A stretch of 64,000 nucleotides of DNA from Balanoglossus misakiensis (taxonomy: Eukaryota; Animalia; Hemichordata): positions 744,001 to 808,000 of the forward strand of contig CM082577.2 of assembly GCA_040954595.2 (NCBI GenBank). The letters run 5' to 3'. Positions within the stretch are counted from its first letter, which is position 1, and each line of letters opens with the position of its first letter. Shown piece by piece: positions 27,601 to 39,691 of this stretch. The position numbers and the translations under genes were made by a program. The notes under the pieces are model-generated. The model was not told the DNA's origin. It was given only the letters and a program-made list of their open reading frames with translations, and searched no databases.

Positions 27601-30378
27601 TTTGTATAATTATGATAAAGTTAATAATACACTGGCCATGAAAATGGGTCACAAAATATTTATTTGGAAAGTACAAAACGGGAGTAGTCAGTACAACAAG
27701 AAACTTAAGTCCAGAAAACAAATAACCATCAGCAAATCTTACACAATTGCTACTGAACAGTACATGTATTTGTACATGTTTACTTTCCTGGCAGCTACAT
27801 GTTAATTAGTTTAAGGTAAATAAAAGACTGATAAATGTACTCTTTTCAAGGCCAAATTCATGTTGTTACACATTGAAGGGTTCATGTGTGTACACAATAC
27901 AATTGTATTATTACCATTTACATTTTCAACTTCTGTATGAGTTGACAGAGCATTACAGTTCTAAATGCACCTGATTGGTTGAAAGTAATCACATGACTAT
28001 CATGCAGCCTATAATATCTCAGAGTATTTTACTCTTAGAAATATATGTATATGTACATTGACACCCAATTAAAAAAAAAATCATCTCAAAAGCAGAAACA
28101 GAATTTGTCCGATGAGACAATCCCCTGAGGTGTCATGAATGTTTGCTGAAAGGCAATTGGTTAATTCAACAATAATGAGAATGAGTCTTAAACCCAGACT
28201 ACTTCAATGAATGCCAATAATCAACAAAATTGCATGTGAAGTGATGAACACACACTGATCCCAAAATGTCGGCATCCCAATCAAAGACTACAAGACAATT
28301 AAGGGATGAATAGGGCTATTTTCACTCCTTAATGGACTGTTTATCTACAAATGTCAACATGTCTTTCACAAATGGATTAAGATAGTAAAGGTGGACAACG
28401 ACAGTTTCCAAAAGAAGAGATTTTTTTTACAATGAGGGGAACAAAAACGAGCCATCCACTTGACAAGACAAGACTGTTCATATTATGCAATTCAGTGGTT
28501 AAGAATGACATATTCAATACTACAGGATGTATGTAAACTTGAGTAGCTCATTCGATCAAGTCATCATTTCTCCAGCAAACCATGACTGTGTGGTTTATAA
28601 CACGAAATGCTCTAAAATGTCTGAAGGCCAAATATCAGAACAAGAATCCCTAGAGAATTTCCCCCATAGGAATCCAGCTGCAATTGCTATGACTCAGCCA
28701 TTTAAATTAATAACGATAACATCAAATATAATCTAATTATTTCAGTTTCTACCCTTTTTCATTATATTGGCTCATACCTTACCCACTTAATTGATCTCAA
28801 AATAATGTATGACTGAATTTGAAATAAAAATTTAAGTATAAATCTGACGATTTCAGTAGACTGCACATTTACCTTCAATAATACATACAACCCATTAGCG
28901 AGCAAGAAATTCATAATATCTACCTACAGCTGAGACACGGCTTGTACTTTCAAGAACCTTGAGTGGAAAATAATGGCTTTAGTTTCCTATGCTTCCCTAA
29001 TCATGTATACTGCATTGTGTGAATTGCTCCTTTGGTATTTCGGGCATTGCCATTAACTACACATGAGAACTCAGCGGTCTACTTGGACTGTTGACATTTC
29101 ACACACAGAGGTAACATTACCTGTTTAAGATTTTATGCCATATGGCCAGGTCTGTGTGTGCCAGCAGTGTGAGAAGGATATAAAGTCAATACAACTCAAG
29201 TGGTTTCTGACACAATGCCCCTTGCACTGCAGGGTGATGCATTGACTGATGTGGGAGTTTTAAATTTCAAGTACAAGCACAGGTTTTGAATATTTAATGA
29301 AAAAACAATTGTATTCAGGGGCTTACTTTCTGGTCTTTCTGATCGAACAATGCAAAACTAAACATCCTTTTCATTTGTCTGGTAGAAACATGTTGTAGTC
29401 AAAATCTTTTGAATGGAAAACATGTCAATAATTTCAATAAGAGTGGTTTATCAATATCACTATCACACGGGTGCTCAGCTTAAAACACACAAAGGCACAG
29501 GGAATCAATACAGTACACTAAACCCCCCCCCCCCCACCAAAAAAAAACACTTTTAAAGTGACATTAAACTTTAATTTGGAGGTCAAACCAGCTGACTGCA
29601 AGTACTCTATGCAAATTAACACCTGTGTGCCATAGACTATGCCCATTCAGTATTTCTATACCCCCTGCAGTACAGTGTACAGTAATTAATTCATTAATTT
29701 AATTTTTTTAATGTTTGAAACAATGCAACTAAAAATTTTTTTACCACAAATAACAACTTAGATCTAATCTGGGTACTACATGGTCGAATTGATGTATTAT
29801 GTCAGACGGGAAACACGGTTTATGTGTGAAACTGCATTATGAAATGGACATAGGTGAAATCTGACAGTACCGGTGTCTACTTTCTCACTGTTGATCCCAC
29901 GGACGCGCGCGTTCACTGACGCAATATATCGTGCGCTGAATGCAAAATTGGGCGCACTGCATTTCTGTACTGTACCAATAACTTTGCATTTCGATTGAAT
30001 CGTGTTCTGTCTCACCATTTTTCATAGAAATTATCAAAATCACCGCCGTTTTTTATCTTTAAGGCGACAGGTGCAACCCCTTTGGATGTTGCTGCACAAA
30101 CGTTGATGGGCGGGATCCAAATTTTGGCACTGCGAACTACTTACCTTCATTCTGAGCCTGAGATAAACAAGCCGCCTGTAGGAAAAAAAAATACAACGCA
30201 AATAAATATTAGCAAACCATCATGAAATATAAGATTCCCATGACTGAAACGCGAAAGCCATCGTGCATAGACAACAACAGTCAACATGTACAACTTAACT
30301 AGTCTCACGACCTTTTCGAAGTTGTTGAACTCCACAAAAATATACATGCACATATATTGGACTTACTTCGAACGCCAT
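9675..30378 (-). CDS. SEPT9: Septin of the SEPT3/9/12 group (no C-terminal coiled coil), ~409 aa, with a predicted N-terminal EF-hand-like extension
   Basis: Exons (-): 30378-30367, 30175-30145, 19624-19469, 14416-14243, 12961-12827, 12209-12128, 12001-11864, 11447-11330, 11059-10964, 10497-10401, 9865-9675. All are GT-AG and in phase (1230 nt). Motifs: [30 protein letters not shown]-loop [20 protein letters not shown], and SUE-like [21 protein letters not shown]. The core exons (14416-9675) are near certain; the three 5' exons are less so. The symbol denotes the co-ortholog group. Confidence 0.92.
20782..20841. repeat. (CATT)15 microsatellite in a septin intron
   Basis: Perfect tetranucleotide run read directly from the sequence. 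Confidence 0.97.
23337..23376 (-). CDS. Candidate alternative first coding exon of the septin ([13 protein letters not shown]+)
   Basis: CAG-ATG-G start context, 13 codons + 1 nt, then a GTGAGT donor. Phase 1 matches the acceptors at 19624 and 14416. Confidence 0.35.
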
Positions 30379-30839
30379 GCTAGGGCCCCATAGGAAAGGA
30401 GAAATTTCCAAACAGAAGTCAACTTCCTTATCCGTGGTGACAACTCAAAACCACACGTCACACCTTGCTTGAACAACAGCGCGATGACAACCAGCTTGTT
30501 GAAGTGTGCCGCGATTGCACGGTGTATGTAAGTTTCAGTGCTTTTATTTTTAATACACAACGCAGCCAGCGGCAGATATTGGTGAGGATCTCAGGTGTAC
30601 GCATCTGTGATACATTTAATTCGGAGATGACCTGGGTCATATGTTAGTAGACCTGTTGATGCCTCGCTGTGGTCAAGTGGGGGAAACAAATCCAAAGTCC
30701 TCTCAATTCACGTGACAAATAACAGTAAAATAACAGCATTTGAGACTCAGTCGCTCAGACGCTAACAAGAATAACCACGCGGTCCCTGCAAAACTACTGC
30801 ACCGTCGATCAACTGCACAATCCGCTTTTGAAATCAACA
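30379..30839. promoter_or_regulatory. Putative bidirectional promoter between the septin and the LPMO-like gene
   Basis: Divergent ATGs are 461 bp apart (30378 on -, 30840 on +). The region is locally CpG-richer than the flanking introns. Confidence 0.55.
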
Positions 30840-33659
30840 ATGAAGACGACAGAAATGTTACTTTGTACAATTTTGGCCAGTTTGACCATCGCATACGTTC
30901 ATGGTCATGTGTGTTTGATCAGTCCACCGCAAAGAGGCTCAATGCAAGGGCTCAATACACCAGGTAAGTGAAATTGTATATATGAACAAACAGTTTGTCG
31001 TTGGATAGCTATATGGAAACTGCAAGCTCTAGCTCCCAATACCGTCTTGACCATAAACATGAGATTGATCGGAATTTATTGATCAAAAAGTTCGAAAGCC
31101 ACAACCATCGTAAAGTTCATAACGTCAATGCCAAGAGGAAAAAAATGTATTGACTTTTTTCGCTATACTCAGTTATTTTATTTTAGTTATTTTTTTTTTT
31201 GGCAATACATAATACCATGGACGTGATAATACACATGTACAAAAACAATTTCCAAGTATTTGGCTGAAGATGCCTGGCCAGGCAGTCTCAGTTATGATTG
31301 ATAAAATCTGATACGCCCCCTCCATGCCATTATTTGAATCTAGCACTTTCAAGTTTTATGACTTTGTTGTCTGGCAAATTTATCACCTTTGAAGGATCCC
31401 CTAAGTGATGTACGTTCCACTTGCTGGTGGGTAACGCCCCCCTTGTGATACACTTTCTACAAACTTCAGACATTTCTAAAATCATGAAATATTTATTTGT
31501 AATACATGCAGTATGTTTTTGATTTAAAATAGGATGAAGTTTGTTGTATAATGTTACTTAGAATTGGTTAAAGACATTGATAAAAATGCACTTTCATTTA
31601 GATTTTTATTATTTGCCCTGATGTACATGTAGCTTTCTGCCGGTTAGTAGAGTTTATCTCTATGTTTACATTACGTCAGTTAAGTTTTCACATGTGATTA
31701 CTTTATAGAACAACATGATTCCTGATCAAAGTCCAGCAGTAAATAGTTTGTGCCCTAGATACGACAATCATATGATTAGAGTCACCTGACTCCTTGTAGG
31801 TGGTTGAGTGAGTGATCGAAGACAGTGCATTTGTAGGGCTTCCTTTCTGTTCGACGGCGATCACTGTGCAGCTCAAAAAGCAACGATTTCTGCACAAGTA
31901 TAATAGAACGTTCATTTTCGATATAGTTGCCTAACACCTTATATATTGGAGTTAAGATACATAGCTTTTGGTAACATTTATCGAGAAAAAAAACATCGAA
32001 AAAGGGTCAGAAAATGAAGCGGTCCCAGAAACGCCCACAAAATGTGTTTGTTTCAGTGTAAATCAAACATCGATGCCCTAACACCTTATATATTGGAGTT
32101 AACATACATAGCTTTTGGTAATTTTTATCGAGAAAAAAACATCGAAAAAAAGGGTCAGAAAGTAAAGCCGTCCCAGAAACGCCCGCAAAATGTGTATGCC
32201 CACAATCCACATATCGGGAAAATCATCGTAGATACAGAGCGACTGTCGCTTGCTTCCAAGGAAAAAGCGCAACTCTAAGAAGGTCACGTGACCATAATGC
32301 GCATCCTACAGCTAATCCGAACAATAGACGATTCCCGACGACGACGTCTTTCTTGAGGGACTGTGCTCCAGACCAGACTTGAATCACAAGTTCAAGAGGG
32401 TTTTCAATAATAATCTTGACACACTTTGTTGTCTTCAGGTGCAGATGATTGTATTTTACTGACTGCACCTTGTGGTGGTAGGAACTCAACTGGAGCACCG
32501 TCTCAGGGTGTCAGGTGAGTTGTCATGGTAACAGCTATGTGCATTGGGCAAGGCATCGTATGTGGCATGCAAGATCATTGTAATATTTGGGAGTTTTAGA
32601 TTACCCATGAATATTGCCTCTGACAATGCATTGAATATTTCTCTTTTGATTGACAGACTTGGCAGTAACTACACCATGACTTTCCAGAAGAATCTGGACC
32701 ATTTCAACAGTACAACCCCAGTGAGTACCAGACATGTTTACAGAAGTCATTATTCAGTTTAAAGGCTTAAATTTGCATAAAATCACACTCAGGCCCATTT
32801 CATTATTTCAGTCGCATTTTGTGCCAGAAGATTAAAGCTTTACCATTTTTGCTTTAATTACCACATCTAAGCGTTGTTGTTCATCATGTCGATTAATTTA
32901 TCTGTCTGTCTATCTATATATTTTGTCTGTCTGTCTGTCAATGTATATCTCTCTCTGTGTCTTATTTATTTTATTTATTTAGGGTAAATTTACAGTAGCA
33001 ATGAGTGACCTGAGCCAGACTATGTTCCAACAGTTGTCAGTGATTCCAGATGATTCCCAACCATCCTTGTCTCTGTATGCTGTCAATGTTACCATACCTG
33101 AGTATGTATGCAAATCTGATTTTATTTTCAAACAGAGATAAAAAGAGATACAGTATTGTATGAGGTTTCTGAATCGATTTAATTGGATTGAATTGAAGAA
33201 AATAATTTTGTCACAGAAACTCTGTTTTCTTTAATTTGGAAAACAGTGACCAGTATGCACAATGAAATTGATTTTAATGGTTATCATACTTTTCTTTAAT
33301 TTCAGAGTTAAGTTTACCCATGGTGTGATCCAGGTAAAATAATTTCCATTTTTTTTTTGTATTTTGATTGGCCAATGTTGTACAAAATCTGAAATTAAAT
33401 TTGCATAATACCTGACAGCCAATCAGCCTTCTGTCTGGTCAGAGGTTGTGTCTGATGCCCAATGACAGTGCAATTTGCACATTACTGTTTGACATTACGG
33501 CTATTATCTCGAGTCTTTCTTCACTACCCTCTTTACATATAACCGCACAATAAAGAAATATAACTGTCTCTCTTTTCCCACCAGGTACAATACGTCACCA
33601 ATAACCCTGCAGCCCCTCCTGTCTTCTACCAATGCACTGACGTCTTCCTCTATGCATAA
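30840..33659 (+). CDS. Small secreted histidine-brace protein, LPMO-like / X325-Bim1-like, 161 aa
   Basis: Exons 30840-30963, 32439-32514, 32657-32720, 32983-33101, 33306-33333, 33585-33659, all GT-AG and in phase (486 nt). Protein: MKTTEMLLCTILASLTIAYVHG|HVCLISPPQRGSMQGLNTPGADDCILLTAPCGGRNSTGAPSQGVRLGSNYTMTFQKNLDHFNSTTPGKFTVAMSDLSQTMFQQLSVIPDDSQPSLSLYAVNVTIPEVKFTHGVIQVQYVTNNPAAPPVFYQCTDVFLYA. It has a signal peptide followed by His1, H-x4-P-x2-RG, PCGG, a second His (NLDH) and FYQCxDV. Confidence 0.85.
31930..32194. repeat. Imperfect tandem duplication (period ~147 bp) in intron 1 of the LPMO-like gene, possibly inside a non-autonomous element
   Basis: CCTAACACCTTATATATTGGAGTTAA...GGGTCAGAAA...CCCAGAAACGCCC...AAAATGTGT occurs at 31930 and 32077. 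Confidence 0.8.
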
Positions 33660-34442
33660 ACCATTGCTTAGCAACAAGAGTGCATTATTATATTCAGGAA
33701 TATTTGTGTAAAATGTATGATCTCAGGCGATATATATAGATAGTGTGACAAAGTGCAAATGTGTTTGAAAATGTGGAGCTACACAATGTAGCTGCAATAA
33801 TCGTAGCCTTAGTGGGCTGGTTCAGTGGCTGGATTGCACTGACGCTAAATTGTTTTATCACCAGAAGAAGAACAATACAAATTTCTCCTACACCCGGACA
33901 GCATGTGCGTAATTTCATGTGTACAAACATTACGTCCAATCCTAATGTTATAGTGAACTGCCTTCGCTCCTTCAATTTCCTTCAAAATACGCACTGTACA
34001 AGTAGACTTTTCCTGATCTCGGACACAGATTATGGCCGTCGCCATCTTGTCTGTTGCGCACGCACATAAGACGATTGTCGCTGTTTAAAGCAACAACACA
34101 CAAAAACTCCCAAAACACAGGTGTAATACGTACATGGTTTTATTACAGTGAACAGAATTGCATAGTGTGACCACAAGACCAGATCTTTAACTGGCAACAT
34201 TTTACGGATGCGACATACAAAATAAACGCTTTCAGGAATTGCAGTTTTCTGTCGATTATCCAAGTGTTAACCCCTCCCCAAAGTACAGTGTTGGAAAGAA
34301 TGGCCTTTCAAAGCATTGCACATTGCCCTTCTGGTATCATAAGTGAAGTCAAGGAATATTTGACTCATGCTGCTGCATAATGAAAAAAGATTGTCTTTAA
34401 TGGCAATTCACTTCAGAAAGTTTGATTGCTAAGAGTTTGTTG

Positions 34443-37400
34443 TCATTTTTTACTGGCTTTCATGGCATCCTGTACAAAGCTGAAGGCGCCAGAACTGACA
34501 GACTTATTGTCAGTTTCTCTCGACATGAACCCAAAGGTGTCAGTCTGGTTTTGTTGAAATGTCAATGGAACTGTGGAGTTCCCACTCAGATTGGCCGCTG
34601 ACAATTGTGGGTAAGCCTGCAAGAGAAGAAAATGGTTATAAATTAGAAGGGTTGTTTTTATACTATGTAGTAAGTGAATCTTAAGTTTTTTTAGTACAAT
34701 TCTTTGCCTAATAATATAGCACTGGGAGATGGTCTTCATTGTTCCAATGTAACTGTCTTCATTAGCAGTGATGAAGATTTTACTCTGATGTCAGAAGAAC
34801 ACACGTGTCAAACTCAGAAATTTCATCTAGTATCGGAACACCGTAACTACTCACAGCTAACACAGGATGATGTTGAGGGCTGGCTGTATGGTGTTGAGGT
34901 CCAACAGGTGTCTTTGTGAATTGATTGAAAGTGTTGTCTAGTGATTGTGTCTGTGTCCATGACCTTTGAGTTGCACTTTGTGAATCCTGAGTTGAACTGT
35001 TCTGTTGTGACTGTGACATTCCCAGAGAGGCGAGTAAGTCACTCATATTCGAAGTTCGACACATCAAAGGATCTGCTGTTTTAGTATTGTCTGTTTCATC
35101 ACTGGACATCGTAGATTTCAAAGTATCATTATCTGCTGGACAAGCAACTGATGTGTGGTCATCATTCAACGTGGCAATGTTGTCATCACGAGACAAAATT
35201 CCCAAAGTATCTAACAGCAGAAGCTGCTCAGACTGAGATGTAGCACCCTGATTATTCCGGTCATTGTTTTTCACCGATTTCTCAGTTTTCTGAAGATTCA
35301 TTCCACTGAATAATGTTGCCTGACTTTCAGCTGTAAATTTTTCATCCGTGGAATCCGTAAATATCTGAGTGTTCAGTTCCTCTTCAGTTGAAAGACTGGG
35401 GACTGAATCCAAGGAAGAACTTCCACGGTTGAATTCTGTGTCTAAATCTGGAAACCCTGATATCAAAGTGAAATCACTGTTCTGAGATTCTGGAGTTGTC
35501 ACTGGTGATATTGCTGCCTTCTCCATACTCTCCAATTGTCTTAGGATCTGAAAAATCAAGTAACACATTTCTGTTCAATATTTTCATTAAGTTGCAGTTT
35601 ATAGGAGAAATTGGTGTACATTGTACGGAGGTTAATTTTGAGATGATATCCCATGAGAAGAGGATTTAAATTAAGTCACCCATACCTTGACTGCTTTTGT
35701 TTTGGTTGAACCCTGTGATGTCTCACACAGAGTGGAGACTGTTTTCTTCACAACTGATGACATACACTCTGTGCTGACAAGGTCTGCTTTCAAAAGAGAC
35801 TCTAATACACACAATGCTTTCTACAAAATAGACACAAAATATGGGTATATTTTAGCTATGTAACATAACATGATGATTTAAATTTCATGTTTGGTATATT
35901 AACACTGTTCATGATGAGCCTACATTATGCATATACGTTTTCATTTTGTACAAACATTTTTTTCAGTCTGAACAGAAAAAGGAAACAGATATTTCATTCA
36001 GGTAAAAGAGAAAAAAACATTAATTTTTGTTTGCAATATCAGTACTTCTTACCAGTTGAATTTGACTTGAAGAATCCATCAGTTTCGCATTCAGAAATTC
36101 AACAATCTTATCACAATTAAGAGTTGTACTCCTGAAATAATGATTTACAATAGATTAGAAAGTAATTATTAATCTACAGCAATGACATTTATAGACTGAA
36201 GTAAACAAAAGCAAGGAACAGCCAAAGGTACCTTTTTGTAAATTTGGTCAGTGCATCTCTTGATGGTATAGGTTTAACACCCCCTGATGCTGTGATTTCT
36301 TCAACCAACCTTTGTTCTTGGGACCAGTCTGTGACAGATACTGCTTCTAATCTGCCAACAAGAAAATCAGACTCATTATCTAACCCTGACCTGAGCCTAA
36401 TGGAATACCTGGTACTAATATTTCAGCCCAAACTTCTATAATGGGGTAATTTGGGTATGTGACCGGTCAAACCTATTAAACTATCTGCTATTATTGTCCC
36501 TGTTGATGTACATCAAAAATACTACTGGATTAAAAAATTAAAAAAGGCATGCTTACTTTTCTGCTAGATCTGTGCTATCTTTGCTCTTTTGTTCATCACC
36601 ATTTGAAACACTGTCATTCTCTCGACCTTCCTCCCATCCACCACCAGCCTTTCCTGCCTTGTAATCAATATTCAACATTCCACTTTGCAGCCTCTTCACT
36701 TCTGGATTGCTTGGTGCTGAGGTGATCATTACATCAACAGCCTTGTATTCTCCCTTACTGGACAGGTTGAATCTTGGTGCTGTTGATACATTGCCAGGCT
36801 CAGTCTGGACGCCATTGTTGTCCTCGATGAGTTTGTATTCTCTCATATTCTGCTCTTCTGTGGCTTTAGCCGTCACTAATGAATATGGGTCCATGATGTT
36901 TTCGGCGAAATCTCGGAGGTTTCCAAGGACAGACTCCCCAAATGTTTCTGTAACAGAGACAGATAGACATCTTGTTATCTGCCAAAACAGTGTGTTCATT
37001 TTAATAAAAGGAAGATTACTGACTCACATTTCATTTTATACTCACTTTTGGGGGGATCTATAGTGTTACCAAATCCTTCCATCTTGGATGATGACAAACT
37101 GCCAGTTCCTATGCCTACCGATCCTGTAATAACAGCAGATTTGTGCGAAATTATGTAAACATTAATCTGCTACCCTTGAATTTATAGTACAAAGCAGACT
37201 TTTGTGTATTGCCATGATGACCTGAGGTGAGAAGAATCATGCACCGGCTTTCATTACAAGGACTATTTGACAGCCAAAATCATTTTAACACACAGACACT
37301 GTGTGTTAAAGTGTGCCCAAGTTATAGTAGCAAAGAACCATGAAACAAACCTTGTCATAACCAAAGTTTGATTGCTTATTTTGTTTATTTTGGCATCCAG

Positions 37401-39102
37401 AAACTGAGTTTAAAAAAAAATATTTCTATGTATCAAAAAGCAGCTATTGTTTGTGATGATCTTTCTGCAAAAATTGACCCTTCCCACCTTGGTTATTTCC
37501 TGACTGAGAAGTATTTTTCTGTGATCTTTCAATGTCAAAGAGAACTTCTAAAAGCTCCTGAAAGATAAAAATAAGGATAAAGAAATGATTTGTCAAGCTG
37601 GTAAGAATAACCCTGGCATATTTGCTGGTGAGGTCCATGATGGTGTATCAACATAAAAATTTCAATGGAATGGGTTTGTTTTTACCTCTGCAGCTTTCCT
37701 GACTGCAATGTAGGGTGCATGGCCATGCAGAGGATCTGTTGGTCCAGTAAAACCTGCAGAAACATACAACAATATGAGAGTGACACTACAAGAATGGCAT
37801 GGAACAGTTTAGGCACAAAATGAAAAACCTGGAATGACATGAATGAATTTAAGAAATGCATAGAATACTTGTATTAGGTACATCATCGTGTAAAGTTGTC
37901 CAGTAAGAACTACAAAACTGATTTTTGTTGTGCACACATACTTGTAGCCTCCTTGATTCCTTTTGAAGATCTTCTGAGTCCTTGTCTGAACATAGCTTGT
38001 CCATTTATAACTGTGTGTTTCATTATTTTCAACACCTAGTATAAACAGATTGTGAAATGAGAGAAATGAACTATTAAGTCTGATGTAAAAGACAGTGTAG
38101 TGTTTGTAAGTGTTAGGAAACAAGGGAAATTTTGAATATCTTTTAAACCTACCTTGACTTTCACATAATATGATTTTCTATCTAGTCTATCCACTAAGAA
38201 ATCCAGTAAACATTGACAGTATCCTGTGGATTCAAATGAAATATCTGGGTATGATGTTAAGGGTGCAATCTCTGAATTTTGTTTGGTTCGAACTGTGACA
38301 AATTATATATGTCTCTGTCGTGTATTGTTTTATTTTGACATGCAAGATGTTTTGGCATATTTTCAAATGGGGTGTCATAAATATGATTGACCCTTGTATA
38401 ATGCATGGAACTCCATACATTGTACAGGTGGCAAGACTACCATTGCTGACGCCATTTCAGTAATTTCACACAGACAGCTTTAGCCCCTGTAGTACCCGTT
38501 AACATGTACTTTAATAAGGATACTGGTTATTTCTTGGTACATATACCCAGGTGTTGGTTTCTCATCGTCTGATGTGGCTTTATGTAACATTGGTAACTGC
38601 AAAAATAATAGAATAAAACTATAGTAAGCAGGCTTTGTATCACTGATGCAAATTAGGCTTCGCGAGACACTGGTCAGTGGTTGAATATGTTGCACACCTG
38701 TTCCAATAGTGCATAGCGTAATTGACCAATCACAAGTGCTGTAGTCTACCTGCCTCAGGTGTCCGGAAAGAATTGACCAATCAGAATCATTGGGGTCTAA
38801 ATTAGCCAAACAGTGACGATTAATCGATTGCCATCGTGTGTGTGCATGCTATCCGAACTGTTTGTTTATTTTCAGCTTAAACGCAGAAACTCTGATCAAC
38901 GCTATTACCGTTATTATTAAATTTATTAGAAAAAATAGAGTATTATGTTACATGCTCTACAAAGGAAATCTCTTGGATATTGAATATGAAAGTGCTTCGT
39001 GATAAAGTGAAGAACCTCCCTGCCTGTCACTTTTAAACGTACCTTGTTGAAGAAGGCAACTTTGCCGACGAGACCGGAGAAGGCTGAACTGGTCGTCGCC
39101 AT
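34443..39102 (-). CDS. TEPSIN: Tepsin, AP-4 complex accessory protein (ENTH + tVHS domains), ~723 aa
   Basis: Exons (-): 39102-39043, 38596-38524, 38244-38153, 38035-37942, 37753-37686, 37557-37488, 37123-37046, 36947-36557, 36396-36232, 36131-36053, 35820-35686, 35547-34855, 34616-34443, in phase. ENTH motifs: LPMLHKATSDDEKPTPGYMYQEI, VKVKVLKIMK, FTGPTDPLHG. Also MEGFGN, and the AP-4 ear-binding-like motifs TLFSGMNL and C-terminal GAFSFV. Confidence 0.93.
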
Positions 39103-39691
39103 TTTGATACGGAAGCTGTCTTTATACCGCCCTCAACGTCTAAGTCAATGAATGTACAATTTGTCCCAGGGGTGTTGTGTGTTTTGTTATACTGATTAAT
39201 TTTAGATGTGGACTGAGCTTTGTAAGAAGATTAGGAATACAGAATGATTACTAATGATAACGTGGAATGAGAGCCATTCATGCTGATGTAGGGAATAAAT
39301 AGTGTGGTGTGTGAGTATAATGTTGAGAACAGACATCTGAGATATGTCACTTTAAAAGAAATGCATATTGTAACCATTATGGCTGTGTGCACATTATGAC
39401 ATACAGCAGAGAGAACTTCTGAAAATAACCACAATTCACACCATAATACTGTTTTCACAGAAATTTAATTGAATAGTAGCACTCTTTTTTGTTAATTACA
39501 TTTTCTTCAAAACAAAGAGAAAATCCATGTTGGAAATACTCTTACAAAGTTTATTACAGAACACTAAAATAGAAATCTGGAATCACTTGGAGGAAATGAT
39601 GTTGTCAGGCCTCCTGCGTAGTGTCTCAACTTCCAGCGTCTTCTACAAATTCAAACACACAAAAGCCATACCAACACACCAATATATTGAA

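Noticed and set aside
14420-30140. Numerous 60-100 aa ORFs inside the large septin introns
   Set aside because: No recognisable motifs or coherent splice chains, except the exons at 19624-19469 and possibly 23376-23337.
30740-30967. 75-aa + strand ORF MRLSRSD...
   Set aside because: Wrong frame. The overlapping frame from ATG 30840 gives the signal peptide and His1 exon.
38690-38860. Repeated TTGACCAATCA motifs in tepsin intron 1
   Set aside because: They could be CCAAT boxes or a repeat fragment. No boundaries or TIRs could be defined.
39636-39652. Alternative ATP5MF last exon (KDAGS*)
   Set aside because: The exon at 39723-39692 gives the conserved KHERxRxYH ending. This other AG lies in the 3'UTR and has no support.
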